A DNA stretch of 64,000 nucleotides, taken from positions 77,190,001 to 77,254,000 of the forward strand of contig NW_026262581.1 of NCBI RefSeq assembly GCF_021869535.1, in the 5' to 3' direction. Below the pieces are notes generated by a model, which was not told the DNA's origin, searched no databases, and saw only the letters and a program-made list of their open reading frames with translations. A program made the position numbers and the translations under genes. Positions 38,789-53,739 of the stretch are shown here, in pieces (the first letter of the stretch is position 1; every line of letters begins with the position of its first letter). Source of the stretch: Mytilus californianus. Its lineage: Eukaryota.

Positions 38789-39317
38789 TATAAATAGTTG
38801 TATCATATGTATATAAAGAAATGACTGTCAATGAGACAACTATCCACTGAAGACAATAATTATGAGAATGTGATATACAGGGCATGTGAGGTCATAAACA
38901 GGCTGCTACACAATCTAACGTGAAGACTGCTGAATGTGCAAAAAAGTATACATTTCAAATCTGTGTTAAGTTCAAAATAATACAAAAAACTCTATTTCCA
39001 AAGTGAGTGCTAACACTAAAGTTATAAAGATGGATCAAGAAAGCAATATAAACATAGATCAATGCAGACTGTGGAAAATTTTGATTATCAATGATTGTAA
39101 ACAGTTTGTGATCCATCATGACTGATGACAATAAGCTGATTTGTTCTGGTCCTCTTATTGTGTTTATTTAGACAGTATAATATATCAGTGTTTTGTGAAG
39201 AAATACAATGGATTTAATCTAAAGCTATTGACTGTTACAATACCCTAGATATATACAGCAATAAAATCAATAGCTGGATTCCAATAAATCTGGAAGAATG
39301 TTAGGGGCACCAGTCAG

Positions 39318-39660
39318 AAACAAAATCTATAAACAACACATTCCAGTAAATCACAGTCAATCCTTATTAAAGACCAGGTAGATACAAAATATAAACTGTA
39401 CAGAAGTAAAGAACAGGAACCAAGAAAAAACAAAATCTATAACACATTCCAGTAAATCACAGTCAATCCTTGTAAAAGACCAAGGTAGATACAAAATATA
39501 AACTGTACAGGAGTAAACAACGAGAACCAAGAAGAAACAAAATCTATAACACATTCCAGTAAATCACAGTCAATCCTTGTAAAAGACCAAGGTAGATACA
39601 AAATATAAACTGTACAGAAGTAAACAATGGGAACCAAGAAGAAACAAAATAAAACACATT
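39318..39660. repeat. 107-bp tandem repeat x3, with degenerate aaaatctatactgta units continuing to ~40500
   Basis: aaacaaaatctataacac anchors at 39428 and 39535, plus flanking copies. Confidence 0.85.
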
Positions 39661-41581
39661 TCAGTTTGGAAAAAAAATCTTCATTGAACACCTGAAAATC
39701 ATAGAGACCCTTAGATTTTGTTAAAGATGTGGTAGACCTATAAACAGGATAGATAATGTTGTGATTTATTGGAGTATCTTAAAGATTTCGTTTCTATCTT
39801 GGACCAATGATTTACTAGTTGATTTTGTTTTTAACTGTTAACAGTTAAAAACAAAATCTATATGGTATTTCAATAGTTTGAACCAAAATCTATACTGTAC
39901 ACCATTACATTAACTAATTCATGGGGACCAATGAGAAACAAAATCTATACTGTATGCAAGTAACCAAGCAATCTGAGGGTATTGCATATGCATGTTTGCA
40001 TTACAATGTCTTCTACTGACAGAACTTAAGATGAGTTCATGCTAATATGGACAAGCATTCGAGTGTGAGAGAGAAGACTGGTAAATTTCAATTTAAATAG
40101 GAATAGAGCTGTTTCTGATGTTACTTGTTTGCAAAAATCTCTCAACTAGAATGACAACTCAAACTTAATCCATTACTTCTTATAATATGATTATAAACTT
40201 ATTACCTAAATTAGTAATCTATTGATTTAGGCATTACAGTAATAAGTGCAGAAAACCATATTTTAAAGCAATTTTTCTATATCTAGGGCCTCAACTGGAA
40301 CAATTAACTCTAATTAGTAAAATATAAAATCTATAATGATGAAGTCTTAAGCAAGAGACAAATTCTATACTATATTCTAGTAAAGCATCATGGGCCAGAT
40401 AGGAATATAATTTCTACTGCACTCCAATAAATGATGGGGACAAGTGAGAAACAAAATTTATATTGTACTCCAATAAATAATAGGGGCCAGTTTGAAACAC
40501 AAAAGTGAACACAGTCATATGTTTCACCTACAATATATGGAATGATTTTAAAGGTCAATGAACTCTGTAACTGAAATCAAGGTTAAATAAATCTTAACAA
40601 ATACCTCTTAATTCACATACACAATATTTTTCCACAATTGAAATAAATGTAAGTAATCATTACAGCTGAGTCCCCATAATTTAAAATAAACTTCAATACC
40701 ATATTATAGCATTTTATTCAGAATAAAGTCAGCATAATTTCTCAGGGCAATGCAGTTTGTAACTATAATCTTCTGTAGGAGCGTTATGACATCATTATAG
40801 AAGTTAACCCACCACTGGTTATCTATACGTCATTATTGCAATCTCAATAACTCAATGATATACATGCAGTCTGTGATTTTAATAGCTTCTGTAAGATATT
40901 TAATTGCAGATTCTAGTAGAGATTGCAGTGAAATGAACATTCTAGGTTTTTTTTAAATAGTTATGGACCAAAAAACTTGTCAAAATAGCTCTTTTAGGCT
41001 TCTTTGTCAAAAATGTTGTTTATTCTCCAAAGAAGGGGGTTTATAATAAGGATGTTACTGTTGAAATTATTTGTTGAAATAAAGGGTTTTTCTAGAGCAC
41101 TGGTGACATGACTGTAACAGTCTCCCTATTTGTTCAGAAGCTTTTTCTACTAAATTAATCTGCATGCAAGTTGTTAAAGTTGGAGGTCATGATTTCAAAC
41201 ACTGAGTGGCCAATAGTTCTAGGTTTGTAAAAAAAAATTAAAATAAAAGGTGAGGTGGGAGGGGCAAGCAGGGAGTGTAAAACAGCAAAGAATAATTCAT
41301 TTGGTCATTACAATTTATTTACTAAAGTATCAGACTAATACTTATGTCAAAAGCACTCGATGACAGTGCTGTCTCAAATATTAACCAAGACCCAATTTAC
41401 TTGTGAACTATTTGTCACAATGTGTAAACAAATTTGTATCTTCATTTGTGCATAAGAATTGCAATGGATATACTTGTCGGACATTTCCTTGGCCTTGACT
41501 GGATTTTAAACATTAAGAACACCAACTCATCTTATTTAAATTCATGCATTTAAAATAGAAAATTGTAAATTGAAAGCTTAC

Positions 41582-41629
41582 CCTTCTTTTAGACATTCTT
41601 TAATAAATATTTCTTGTGTACTTTCCTCC
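41582..41629 (-). other. Candidate 48-nt 5'UTR exon of PMCA
   Basis: ctttaatgtatacag|GGAGGAAAG...TCTAAAAGAAGG|gtaagc; purine-rich exon body. Confidence 0.45.
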
Positions 41630-44499
41630 CTGTATACATTAAAGATCAATAATTATTACAGGTAAATAATTGTTGACCACTGAATACACACCTGGACTGG
41701 ACAGAATTAATCAACCATTCAAATCATAACATTTTAATATAAAGAATTTTGTGAACCTTGCAATTCAAGATCTATTTCAAGACAGGATACACAATTAAAA
41801 ATAAATTATATTTTTTGTAAAACACATTGAAGTAAGATCACATTGGCTCTATCTATATTTACATTCTTTATTACTAGTGAACCACAAATTATATTTTGCA
41901 ACAGAAGGAGATGAAATAATAAAAAAGACGATTTTGATTGGGACACTATACAATAAACCATGTTAGAAATTTATTCTAAGCAAGATAGAATTATACAATG
42001 GTAGTAAAAATACAAGTTTATTATGCATATAAGATATGAATCAATGAGACCATTATATTCTATGCCCTCAGCACAAATGTTAACCAGCTTTCAAAGATAT
42101 ACATATCAATCATCCCCTAACACAAAGATATTTGAACTTATTTTTAGAAGTGAATTGCTAATTAAATTATGAGTATAGAGATGATAAAAAGGCATTATTA
42201 CCTGTATGCCAAGGTAAACATAAATATGCACCTGGTGTTCTGTGAAGGTTTATTTGAGAAATCTAGTTAACAAAATAAATACAATTTAAAACATTATCTT
42301 TTATATATATACTTTCAATTATTGATTCTGAACTCCCACCAAATGTTTTATTTGTGATTGACTGATTTTTACTTGCTAAATATTTATTTGTAGTATTTAA
42401 ACATTGACCTTCAAATTTTAACATCAAAGGTTACATATATAATATTGATACCAATAATTTATAAATTGATGGGGGTATTCACAGCACATCTAATTCTTAT
42501 GATGATACACACAATACACAATAAATTGGATTACATTTCCCCCTGTTATTTCTTTTCCAGATCAACAATATTTAGTGGAGTGAAGAGTCATTTAAAAATG
42601 TACTATAAAAGTTGCAATACATAAAAGTTGTTTTAAGATGCTGAACATTCTCAAATAAAAAACCTATTGAACTTTACCCAGCAAACTGAAAGTGTTACTT
42701 AGCTTATTAAGTAATATTAAAATATAATTTTTATTTCAAATTTTACAAAATATATCATGAAAAATATTGTTATTCCTACAAAAAGTGAAATATTTATTTT
42801 CAGAACATATGAAATGTTTACTTTTTTTCAAATATCAAAATCATTATGGTTCTTGAAAATGTCTTTTTATAATTATTTCTAATAATTTAGTCCTAACAGG
42901 TTTGGGACTTTCCAGTATACCAATGAAATGTTTATACTAACATAAACTATCTCTATAGAGTCAAAATATCTCTTAAGTGTGATTTCTTAACACAGTGGAA
43001 ACTACAGATTACCCCTACTACTGTATCACCACCAAATAGTATGGTGACCTTGCTCATGTCCAAGGGTGTTACAGTGACAATTAAAACCACAAACAATCTT
43101 TTTATGTCAATCAAACAACAAAAAAAATATAAATTTTCCATTAATATTCATAAATGTCACAATATACTAGACAGAGTGTAAAAGACAATAGAATATTGAC
43201 ACATTAGAATGAATAACCCTACAGACAATAAAACATGGAGAAGACAGGTGTATGACATTGACCTCATGTTCTCTTATGTTTCTGTCTGACTAACATGAGA
43301 CTAATTTACCACAGGGAGCTCTTTAGGAGGCAGTGGTCAAAGTGCCATGACACAGGCTCTCACCCATGCCAATCAGCTTATTTTTTATGCACTTTAAATT
43401 CTTTTAGTTGAAAACTCCTCTTCCTATTCATAAACTTACACAATGAGGTCAATTGGACTTAAAATGAGAAACACAATTATGATTGTTAGCCTGTAAGAAT
43501 AACTCCACTTTAGAAATGAACTCCCAACTTACAACTTAATGAAGTTTTAAAACTGTATCAGAGTCACTGAATCCTGAAATGTGGGTCCATGAGACCTTTG
43601 TCCTCAGACAAATATTGCTGTTTCAGAGAATTGACTGAGCTAATATTTTAGTTATTTCTAAAGGGCAGAAAACCATAGAAGATATCAAAGAACAAAATTC
43701 CATTTTGTGAAAAAAGGGGGGGTGTCTTTAATCTGAGAAGTTGTACTATAAATGACTCTTAAAAGTTTTCTAAATTGTAGAAAATTAAGTCTGGTATAGT
43801 GTCTTGAAAATATAAAACCACAATATTCAAAAACTTTGAAATGATGCAATCATACATATCCAAGTTTACAACATGAACAGACAGAAATAAAGAACATGTT
43901 ACTACTGTAGCCAACATAACAGGAAATGCACATATTGACAATTCTAGGGGTTGAAAATCAGGCTAATAAAGACCTAGAGATACTTTTAAAACTGAAAACA
44001 GTTCCATATTTTCTAAAAATTGAAACAAATTAGAGATATTTAATGTATTTGACTGATCAACATTTTACCAATGTATAAAGTCATGGTAGTACTTTGATCT
44101 ATAATACATTTAACCCATCTGAAATGGTATAATAGATAGTCATCCATTGACCTTTGACCATTTTTCCCCTTAACCTCAACTCTTCTAAAAAAAAATCAAA
44201 TATTATAACTAAATATATTCACAGATTTTTGTTAACAGTTATTTCCTTGAATATAAACTGTATTGTATAAGACATGATGAATGTAATTGATAAAGAATGA
44301 CAAATCAATTCTATGATTCATTGCATAGACAATTCTATATTCCTAAAGAAAAGGCTTTGATTGTACAAAGTTACAGTAAACCTCCTACATTAACAAACAT
44401 TCCATAAATACAACATGCAGGAAAGGAAAAAAAAGATCCCTATAGTCTATCAAGCAATCATTAACCTTAACTGAACTCACAGCTTTCTTCAAGTTTTAA

Positions 44500-44830
44500 G
44501 AAAGGAAAGATGTGACTATCAAGTTCTGGTCAAAAGAGTAATCAGCATTATTTCACATCAAGCTGATTCATGTTACAAGTTTCTTTCTTGGTAAGGAAAG
44601 CCATTGCCCAAAAGAATAACTCAGGAATAATACAAAGTCATTGTGTAGTAGACGGATTCATAGCAAGATGGTCATTATCAATTCTGAGGAAGTCATTTTT
44701 GATTCTGAGTAAATTATTATTTATCAATTCAGAGAAAGGCGTTTTCAATTTGGATGAAGATTCACAAAGTTCTAATATAATGAGAGTCATTATTAATTGT
44801 GAGTAACACAAACCATTATCCATTCAGAGT
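44500..44830 (-). pseudogene. Possible highly degenerate LINE (CR1/L2-type) RT fragment
   Basis: Minus strand ELINNNLLRIKNDFLRIDNDHLAMNPSTTQ resembles the RT W..N.L.LNP.KT segment; stops and frameshifts present. Confidence 0.3.
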
Positions 44831-44944
44831 ATAAAATCATTGCATATAAATACAAGAAGTGGGTACTAATAAATGAGACAGCAAACCAACAACAACTAGA
44901 GGTTCTGAAAACAAAGCTCAGAAAAATATACATCCTTTACCCTT

Positions 44945-45280
44945 AACAGGCTATTATTTGAACTTGGAATTATTTTTAATTATGGAATTTGCATTATTTC
45001 TTGTGCTTGAAATTTTTAATGAATTCCATGTTTATTCTGTATTATAATGTTCTGTGCTGCGCACAACACTTTCTATTACAAAGAAGATAGCACATTTCAA
45101 TAGAATGTACTGTGCCGCGCACAACACTATCTATACAAAATACATTGTGTGGAAAGTGTTATGCACCGCTCAAAACATAATAATACTTAATAAACATGGA
45201 ATTTATCAAAAATTTCAAACACATGAAATTATGCAAATTCCATAATTAAAAATAATTCCAAGTTCAAATAATAGCCTGTT
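44945..45280. mobile_element. 336-bp fold-back element
   Basis: aacaggctattatttgaacttggaattatttttaattatggaatttgc... pairs with ...gcaaattccataattaaaaataattccaagttcaaataatagcctgtt; CCTT on both flanks (possible 4-bp TSD). Confidence 0.8.
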
Positions 45281-48200
45281 CCTTGTATCCATCATAATAT
45301 GCAAAGTATTAACCTTGACCTTACAGACACTTAAGATATTCCAACCATATTAGCAAAACACCCTCTAGTGGTGGGCAGCAATATACAATAATATCAAGGC
45401 TCATTATTATCTATTAGGCATTTAAACAATCGGAGTCAGAGACCTTGCAGAGAGACAATAAAACCTTATTCCTGACTCACTTTCTAGTGTTGGGCAACAA
45501 TTCATCATTTATTAACAAAAATCTAAACCCTTCAAGGCATTCAAAAGTTTTGAGTTGAATAAAGTTTTACATATTTGAAGCTATGTTTGTGACTGTGACC
45601 TTGCAGAAAGACATTCCAACCTAAATCATGACACAACTTCTTGTCGTGGGCAACTTAAATGCCAAGTTTCATCAATTCCTTCAAGGCATTCATAAGTTCT
45701 GAATATGACACAACTTGCACATGTACATGTATACATACAGACAGACGAATATATAGACAGAAATAAGAGTGACAGTGATTTAGTCATTATATTCTTAAAA
45801 GGAAAAACATTTGCAATCATACAAGGTCTCCTTTATTTTTATATTGAACCACCAGTAAACAAATAAAAGGGCAAAACAAATCATTCTTAAGGTTTAGTAG
45901 AAAAAATGACTTTTGTCAATAGAAATGGAGATATTTAAATGTTCTTTTATCATAGATCCTGGCTTTAGAAAGTTAATAAGAAATTCTACAGTAAATTAAT
46001 GTATTGTTATAATAATGGACAATGGCAGCTTTGATCACTATCTGCACATTTCTCATATTTATAAATGGAAAATGTAAACAAGAAATGATAGCTAGATCAT
46101 TGAGGCTTACTTATCTAGAACTGATAGTAAATCCAAATGGACAATATGTACTCTTTCTCTTATTTACTGAATCTGTTTATTTATAATGGATAAATTATAC
46201 ATCCTGCGTTACATAACTACTAAATAAACTATGCATAGTCTTGCATTTATGCATAAATCTAGTTAGGAAATGACATTTGATTTTTGCTCATTAATTAGGC
46301 AGTGGCTGAAGTTTCTGTTAGTCAACAATGACACACATCAAGCTGGAGTTACTAAAGCAATGTTAAAATGTTTCTAGAATTATATCTCTTTATAATTTTG
46401 CAAACATGTGTAACAGTGCATTAAAATCACTTTAAGTGCTAGACAGAACATAAGCCAAAACTTGTTTCTATATCTTATCACATGACATAATCATGTCATT
46501 TTAATTAGTCATATTATTATGCATTGTCATTAAAATTCATAACAAATTTCATCTCAGTGCAATTACATATTAAATATGCTGAAGAATTTTTGATCATACA
46601 AAAACCTTTATATACATGTATTAAACAGGAATAAACGATGTACATGAAAACAAGTGTACTGGATAAGTCCATAGTCAAGAAATATACCTGTAGTTTATTG
46701 TCAATTGGAGACCCTTTTTAACCATTATCCCTCAAATGGCCTCTTTACATGAATCCTGACTGCTTTAAAAGAAAAAAAGTATCAGTGATCTAAGCCCTTA
46801 GTTATTTGTTATAGTCACAAACAGACTTAGTCCTGAGGTAACAATAGTAAACGGACCATTTTTACTGTGCTGTTATTGTTGCTATGCAATAATAATGTCC
46901 AATATGGAATGAAATAATGATTTTTTAGAAGTGGAATGCATGCTTTTGGCCTGCAATCATTGATTTATTTTACAAAATCTCTACGAAATCTATTAACACT
47001 CAATTTTAATAGAGAATCATGTTTGTCTCCGCTCCACAATCTAAATATCATTTCTATCAAAGAGTAGAACTCCCCCCCCCCCCCCCATCTACATTCAGTT
47101 GCAGGATAAAACACAATATTTCTACTCTCTATAAATATAGTTTTATCAATACTCACTAAATAAGATCAGTATAAGAATCACCTTTTTTTCTTTTTGAATA
47201 AATATGAAGCTTATAATTTAATTTTTCATATCTTTTAGGCTTTTCCCATTAAGGTATACAATGTTTTGTTTTTGCATTGAATTTGATAAAAATATTGTAG
47301 AACTGAAGTGAAAAATATAAATAAAACCTACCCTACATTTACAAGTCTGTCCTATAGTAAAATGATATATCAATTGAACACAACATCATTTTTGACATGG
47401 ACTTTTGTTCAGTATCCTGAGGCCAAATAAAAAGGTACTGGGGAGATGAAAATAGTCCATACAAAAATGCCACTTACTTAAAATTAATAGTTATTCACAT
47501 GTCAATCAATCCATCAAAGTCAGTCAGTTCAAAAATGTAGGTGTTTAAAAAGTTCAAGGTAACATACAATATCTAAACATATTTTATATTGATCAGACAT
47601 ATTGACTGGCTACTATTTATATATAAAATGGATTATATAAACAAAAGTACTGCAGAAATTTATTAAGGCTATAAATTAAGGTTTAAAATCAACTGACAAA
47701 TTGAAAATATGTCAAATTAAAATCTATTTTAACTCTAGTTTTAGTTTCCATCTTCTGTATAATAAATTTGAATAGTTTAGATACTAGTCTTTGTACCTTT
47801 TTTTTGTTGGGTCATTTGACTGTATTATTATACCTACCAAACTTTACAATTTAAAGACCTGTATGTCAATTTTCTGAAGAAAAAAACAAACTGATGAATA
47901 AGAGCATTCCTTCCTTTATCAGCTCACATAACTCATCAATACATTAAAATTCAATACTCAAGATAAATATGTTTTATCTTTAAATTGAATCAGTTACCCA
48001 AGACAAAATCTTTTTAAGTAAATATTTCTCTGTATAAGTTCAATATTACCAACTTATTGCAAATTGCTTCATTACTCAACCTATATTTCATTCACCCATT
48101 TTTTCTTTTAACTCATCTCCTTTGAAACTCTTCCTCTTTCACACTAAATGCATGTGATTCCTTCTTCTGAGTGAGTGTCACTCAAAATACCAAATGTGTC

Positions 48201-50470
48201 TCTGTTTGATTCTGATTTTCTGTTTTAAACATTTTTGGTACTTACTACTCACTGCACACATTGATGAAATCTTCAGATGAAAATACTTCATAATGAATTA
48301 AAACTGTTTAAACATTATCTGTCCATACTAACAAAATTACCATATGACATGTATATAGACCATGCAGCTCTCATTATTCTAATTTGTTATTCAAAACCAA
48401 AGTGCATCAATACAGAATCTTCATAAAACAAATCTAAAAATAGTACTAATTCATTATCAAACCTTTAGGCAGATCCTATCAGAATGCATTGTTAATGAAT
48501 TAATCCCTCACAGAAAACATATCCTCTTACTATCCCTCAGCTATTACATTGATGGTAATAGTAGTACATATATCGTCCTGTGACAGTCAATGATGTAACA
48601 CACAGTATACACAAGGATAGATTTAACTACTGCATTGATTGCTATACCTTTCCATTCCAATCAATTAACACAAGACGTAACTATGGAAACCAACTATTCC
48701 ACCCCAAAAAATAAGACCGACTGCAAGAATTTTTTTTCACACATTTTTTTGTATCCATTGAATTCCACACTATACCTGTATTGATGGCAGTCTGCAGGGG
48801 GGTAATATTGATGCATTGATCAGGGTGGGTAACACATTACTAATCATTATTGGTAGTCAATACATTCCAAAGACATTCTCTTATCTTTTGTGACCTTTGT
48901 ATACAATTAATTCATTTTTAATGTTACTTTTCCAATTTGAAAAGTATCTGAGATATAAGGACTGTTATGTAAAGGAAATCGACAGTTTTATCAATGAATG
49001 TATTACAACATATGTTGCTGTTTTTATTGAGCTAGGTGGCTTGTTAGTACTTCAGATGTATATGTCTAACTACATTTCAATTCATTGAGATAAGACCCTT
49101 ATTAGATGAACTTCTTTTGAAAACTTCAATGCTAATACATTTTTGTCATTGTAAGTATTGCTGCTTACAAGGTATTAATTGAAATAAGGGTTCTTTATGG
49201 TAAATGGAACTTATCATCCCATTTTTACTAACCAAAACAGCAGGTGCCATGTCATCCTGAGTTCACCTGTTGATCAAGTTTGTGTCGGTCATTTTGGTTT
49301 TCTGTGCAATGTTTTGTGGACAGTTGTTTGTTTTTTTGTATTTTTTCTCTACAGTCCTAAATCCATGCACAAGAAAGTGAAAATTTCATATCTTCTCTCA
49401 ATTATAAAATGGTTAAAAAGGATTATAAATCTGTCATTTCATACTGATAAGCCGACTGATAATATTACTTAACAGATGTTTAAAACACAAAATTGTTAAA
49501 CTTTAAAAGTTTTAGGAAAATGCACAGGCACATGCGAGGTTGACCCCCCCCCCCCCCCCTTTTTTTTGAGTTTAATTCTTATTTTGGAAACATTCTTTGA
49601 TATTGTTTATCCTGACTTTCAAGATTTATTTGAAAACCTAATTATTTTTAAACATGGGTTTTAAAAATATCCTAATCTTGCAATTTATTGAAAAAATCAA
49701 ATTTTGTAAAAAAAAATCAAAATCACATATAATGAAAAAAAAAAGATATATATCTTGATTGGTATTTTGTATTTCATTGTATCCCTTCTTGCAACAATTG
49801 TCACCTATAGATTGAGAAAGAAACCATGTGGTATCTGTGAACTAACATAATATAATTGATGTGACAGTTTAATTTGAAAATATGGTGTTTTCTAAGTGGT
49901 GCAGGAGATAAGTTCACTTTTTATTCAACATCATTTTGATGCAAATTCTTGGGCTTAGTTGTAAAACTGTCTAGGCCATTGTATTGTATATTTTTCTTCG
50001 ACTTATGATTTTTGTTTGTCCTCTTTCTCCCCTTTTACTCTCTTATGCTACAAACTCAAGACAAATCAGTGCTGAGGTCTGCCATAAAAAGGACAGTTGA
50101 AAAACTGAAAACAACTACAAAAAAACTTTTGATTTTATTCCCCCCTTTTTCATTCAAGGTAAAATAAGAAGTACAAGAAGGTAGAACAAGAAATTACAAA
50201 AATATCTAAAGTCTTACTTGTCTCAATGTGAAAAATGACTGACATTAAATTGTTGGTAAGTTGCAATGGAACCAACATGTTTGTGTCCTTTAACAGGTTT
50301 TTAAATCAAACTTCTTCCTCTAAAACAACATCATTAAAATAAACATGGTATCCCCAGAGTGTCAATCATATCATATTTCCTTATTTCTATATTTATATCA
50401 GAACATCTTTTGGCTACAACTTTTGAACTTTTATTCTTTTTTAATTGAGTAATAAATATGAGAAACTTAC

Positions 50471-50492
50471 CTGGTCTTTAGCCATTAATTAC
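50471..50492 (-). other. Candidate 22-nt 5'UTR micro-exon of PMCA
   Basis: atttattatttttattcttgcag|GTAATTAATGGCTAAAGACCAG|gtaagt: near-consensus acceptor and donor only 22 nt apart. Confidence 0.5.
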
Positions 50493-53400
50493 CTGCAAGA
50501 ATAAAAATAATAAATATTACAAAAATATTACAACTTTGCTTTCCCCTACTTTTTCTACAATTTTCTTTTCCAAGTCAATGATAAATCTTCAAATTCTGAT
50601 ATAATTGCTTTAAAAAAATATACATATATATCTTTTCAATTTAGTTTTAATTGCTTGTCACAACCGTGTTTGGCCAATGGTCAAAAGTATATTTTTGACC
50701 ATCACAAGATTTGGTCCATTGAGACTATTTTCTTTATAAAGAATATACAATAAGCAAGGGAGTTAACTCAACCGTAGAATAATTTATAATGGAATCCAAT
50801 GTGCACCAGAAAAGGTTTTTACAAATCAAAGCTACCTAAGGATAGATTTATAAATGAGCAGTCTGTAACTGACAGTTTATTCTTTCATCCATTCAAGTCA
50901 TAATATAACGTACTGCTCATAAATCTATTCCTTATTCCTGACTTTTTAGTGAAAGAAAATACTATATCAAACAACAGTGAATACAGACAATGGATATGCA
51001 CACAAGAGGCTCTGACTTGCAGTTCCTGAGAAAAACATCAACATTTCTATGTCCATCAATGTAAAGATTAAAACATTTATGGGACTAACAGGAAGAAGGT
51101 AAAGACAGACATTCTATCTTGTCAAACTGCAGAGGTTACCAATGTGAAGCTAAGTGGTACTCAATATCAATAAGCTCTTGTAGTTGACAAAAAAAATGGT
51201 ACAAAACATATGAAGAACATTACATGTATGCTGCAAACAGGAAGTAGATAAGTGATAGATCTGAAACATGTCACACATTTAAGCTTTCAAATATGATGAT
51301 TGGTAACAAAACTCAAGCTCTCATTAGTATATTTGTAGTTGCTGAGAAAAATGGGTTGACAATTTCTTGGGACAGCATAAATGTGAAGAATATATGAAAG
51401 TGCTTTGTGGGCCATAAACCTTATGTACACAAAAGTACTACCGCATTTTTGCGCCTGTCCCAAGTCAGGAGCCTCTGGCCTTCGTTAGTCTTGTATCTTT
51501 TTTTAATTTTAGTTCATTTATATGTTTTGGAGTTTAGTGTGACGTCCATTTTCACTGAACTAGTACACAATTTTATTTAGGGGCCAGCTGAGGACATCCT
51601 CCGGGAGCGGGATTTTCTCGCTGCGTTGAAGACCCATTGGTGGCCTTCGGCTGTTGTCTGCTCTTTGGTCAGGTTTTTGTCTCTTTGACATATTCCCCAT
51701 TTCCATTCTCAATTTTATTATATGAAAATCTAAAGGATTCTGAAATAACTCTTGATGGACAGAAGTACTAGTATCAAGACTCAAAGGAATGCTAGAAAAA
51801 TCAAATCTCATTTACATATAAATTTGCATAGTTAATTAAATGTTCACAACCAGGAAGAGTATAGAAATATGGCAAACTCCACTAATAAGAGATGTCAATC
51901 CCCAAAGGTCAGTAATGAAATGTTACTGAACATAAACTGTATTATTAAACATAAACCTCAGTTATCTAATGGTACAATTGTAACACAATACCACAAACAG
52001 ATCAGGATATTCAGGCCAAACCTTCTTACTGAACCAGAGGCCCCAAGGAGCCTGTATTGTTTACCTGGTAGCAGAAAGGTCTATAATTATGGCATATCAT
52101 CATGATCAAGTCAAATGTTGGGGATGATAGGGTGAACAAACAAAATGGGCTGTCATAATATTGAATAATTACAAATGTTTTTTGGTTTTAAAATAAAATG
52201 AGGCAATAATAAAGTTAATCTTGATGCTATTAATTATCAGTACATGAAGTTCATTCACTTTTAATCTAAAACCCAGTAGAGGAAATTTATTAGTTTTTTG
52301 TGTACAGATGCAAAAATCGATACTTTTTTTCCAGCAGACAGAACTATTTGCCTATGAGTAATATCTCTCAGCTAATGAAAAAAAAATAATATCTATATAA
52401 ATTGAATGGTTTCAAAAATAATTAATTTGTTTTTAATTTCCTATTTCAGATTTTTAAAGCATTTGATTTTTCGATAAAATAAACTGCTTTAAAATATCAT
52501 AAGCATTCTTCAAGAAACAAAAGTTTATTAACAGCTTCTCCCCTGAATATATATACAAGGATTGTACTTCTTATACAAGGAATAATTAAAAAATTTTGCA
52601 TTACAATTACATGTATAGTTAGCAGTCAGGTGATTCAGTCTTGGTTAGAGGACAGACATTAAGACAAGTAATTTAGAAAGGTATTTTAGTGCTACTTGTC
52701 ATTTATACCGAATACTAAATAATATTCAAATGGATCTAGTAGAGTGATAAGGAAAATTGATTATTTAAAGAGTTTTGATGGATGGTGGACACCAACAAAT
52801 ACAAAACAAATGTAGCACAAGCTCACACTGGACTTTTTAGGCAACTGAGCTAATTTAAATTCTAATCATATACAAAGATAATGGGAAAATATTTTTGAAG
52901 TCATAAGACATATCTAATATTCCTACCTACTTTGGAAAGAAGATCTTGCTATTTTCCTAGTAAAGAATTTTATTTGGAGTGGAAAGTTTTTTTTACTTTC
53001 GTCCTTCCAATAAATGTGTTGGAAAATGGATTGCAGTTTTCTTTATTTTCCTTTTTTATGTGAGAGACATATTTGTATAGGGAAATAAAATAAAACTAGA
53101 CAAAGTGATGCCCCCGCATTCCACTCTGAAGTAACTGTATTATAACAAAGTTAATGTAGGACTTTCTTTGAGATATTATTGTGTCTGGGAGACACAATTG
53201 ATGCCTCCGCAGATGCAAAGTGTTATTTTAAAATAACTATATTGTATTTACATTGTATCGTAGGTCAAATTTATTTGTTCAGTGTATGTTCACTGGTGTT
53301 AATATGTCCTTTGGTTGAGTTAAGCTATTTCAGTTGATATTTTATAGTGTGTCTTTCTATGTTGTGATGTTACACTATTGTTTCAGAAAAAGGGTGAAGG

Positions 53401-53739
53401 TTTGGTACCATTAAAACATTTAAACCCACTGCATTTGTTTGCACCTGTCCTAAGTCAGGAATCTGATGTTCAGTAGTTGTTGTTTGTTGATGTGGTTCAT
53501 AAGTGTTTCTCGTTGTTGATATAGATTAGACCGTTGGTTTTCCCGTTTGAATGGTTTTACACTAGTAATTTTTGGGGCCCTTTATGGCTTATTGTTCGGT
53601 GTGAGCCAAGGCTCTGTGTTGAAGACCGTACTTTGACCTATAATGGTTTACTTTTATAAATTTTGACTTGGATGGAGAGTTGTCTCATTGGCACTCATAC
53701 CACATCTTCTTATATCTATATAACATTTAACCGCTTATA

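Noticed and set aside
42202-42262. Additional possible 5'UTR exons (also 62683-62714, donors at 58003 and 63764)
   Set aside because: Only one strong splice signal each, or ambiguous boundaries; not distinguishable from background without RNA data.
49543-49570. Poly-C/poly-T, poly-C/poly-A and (TA)n runs (also 47071, 55936, 15616)
   Set aside because: Ordinary homopolymers and microsatellites with no supporting structure.
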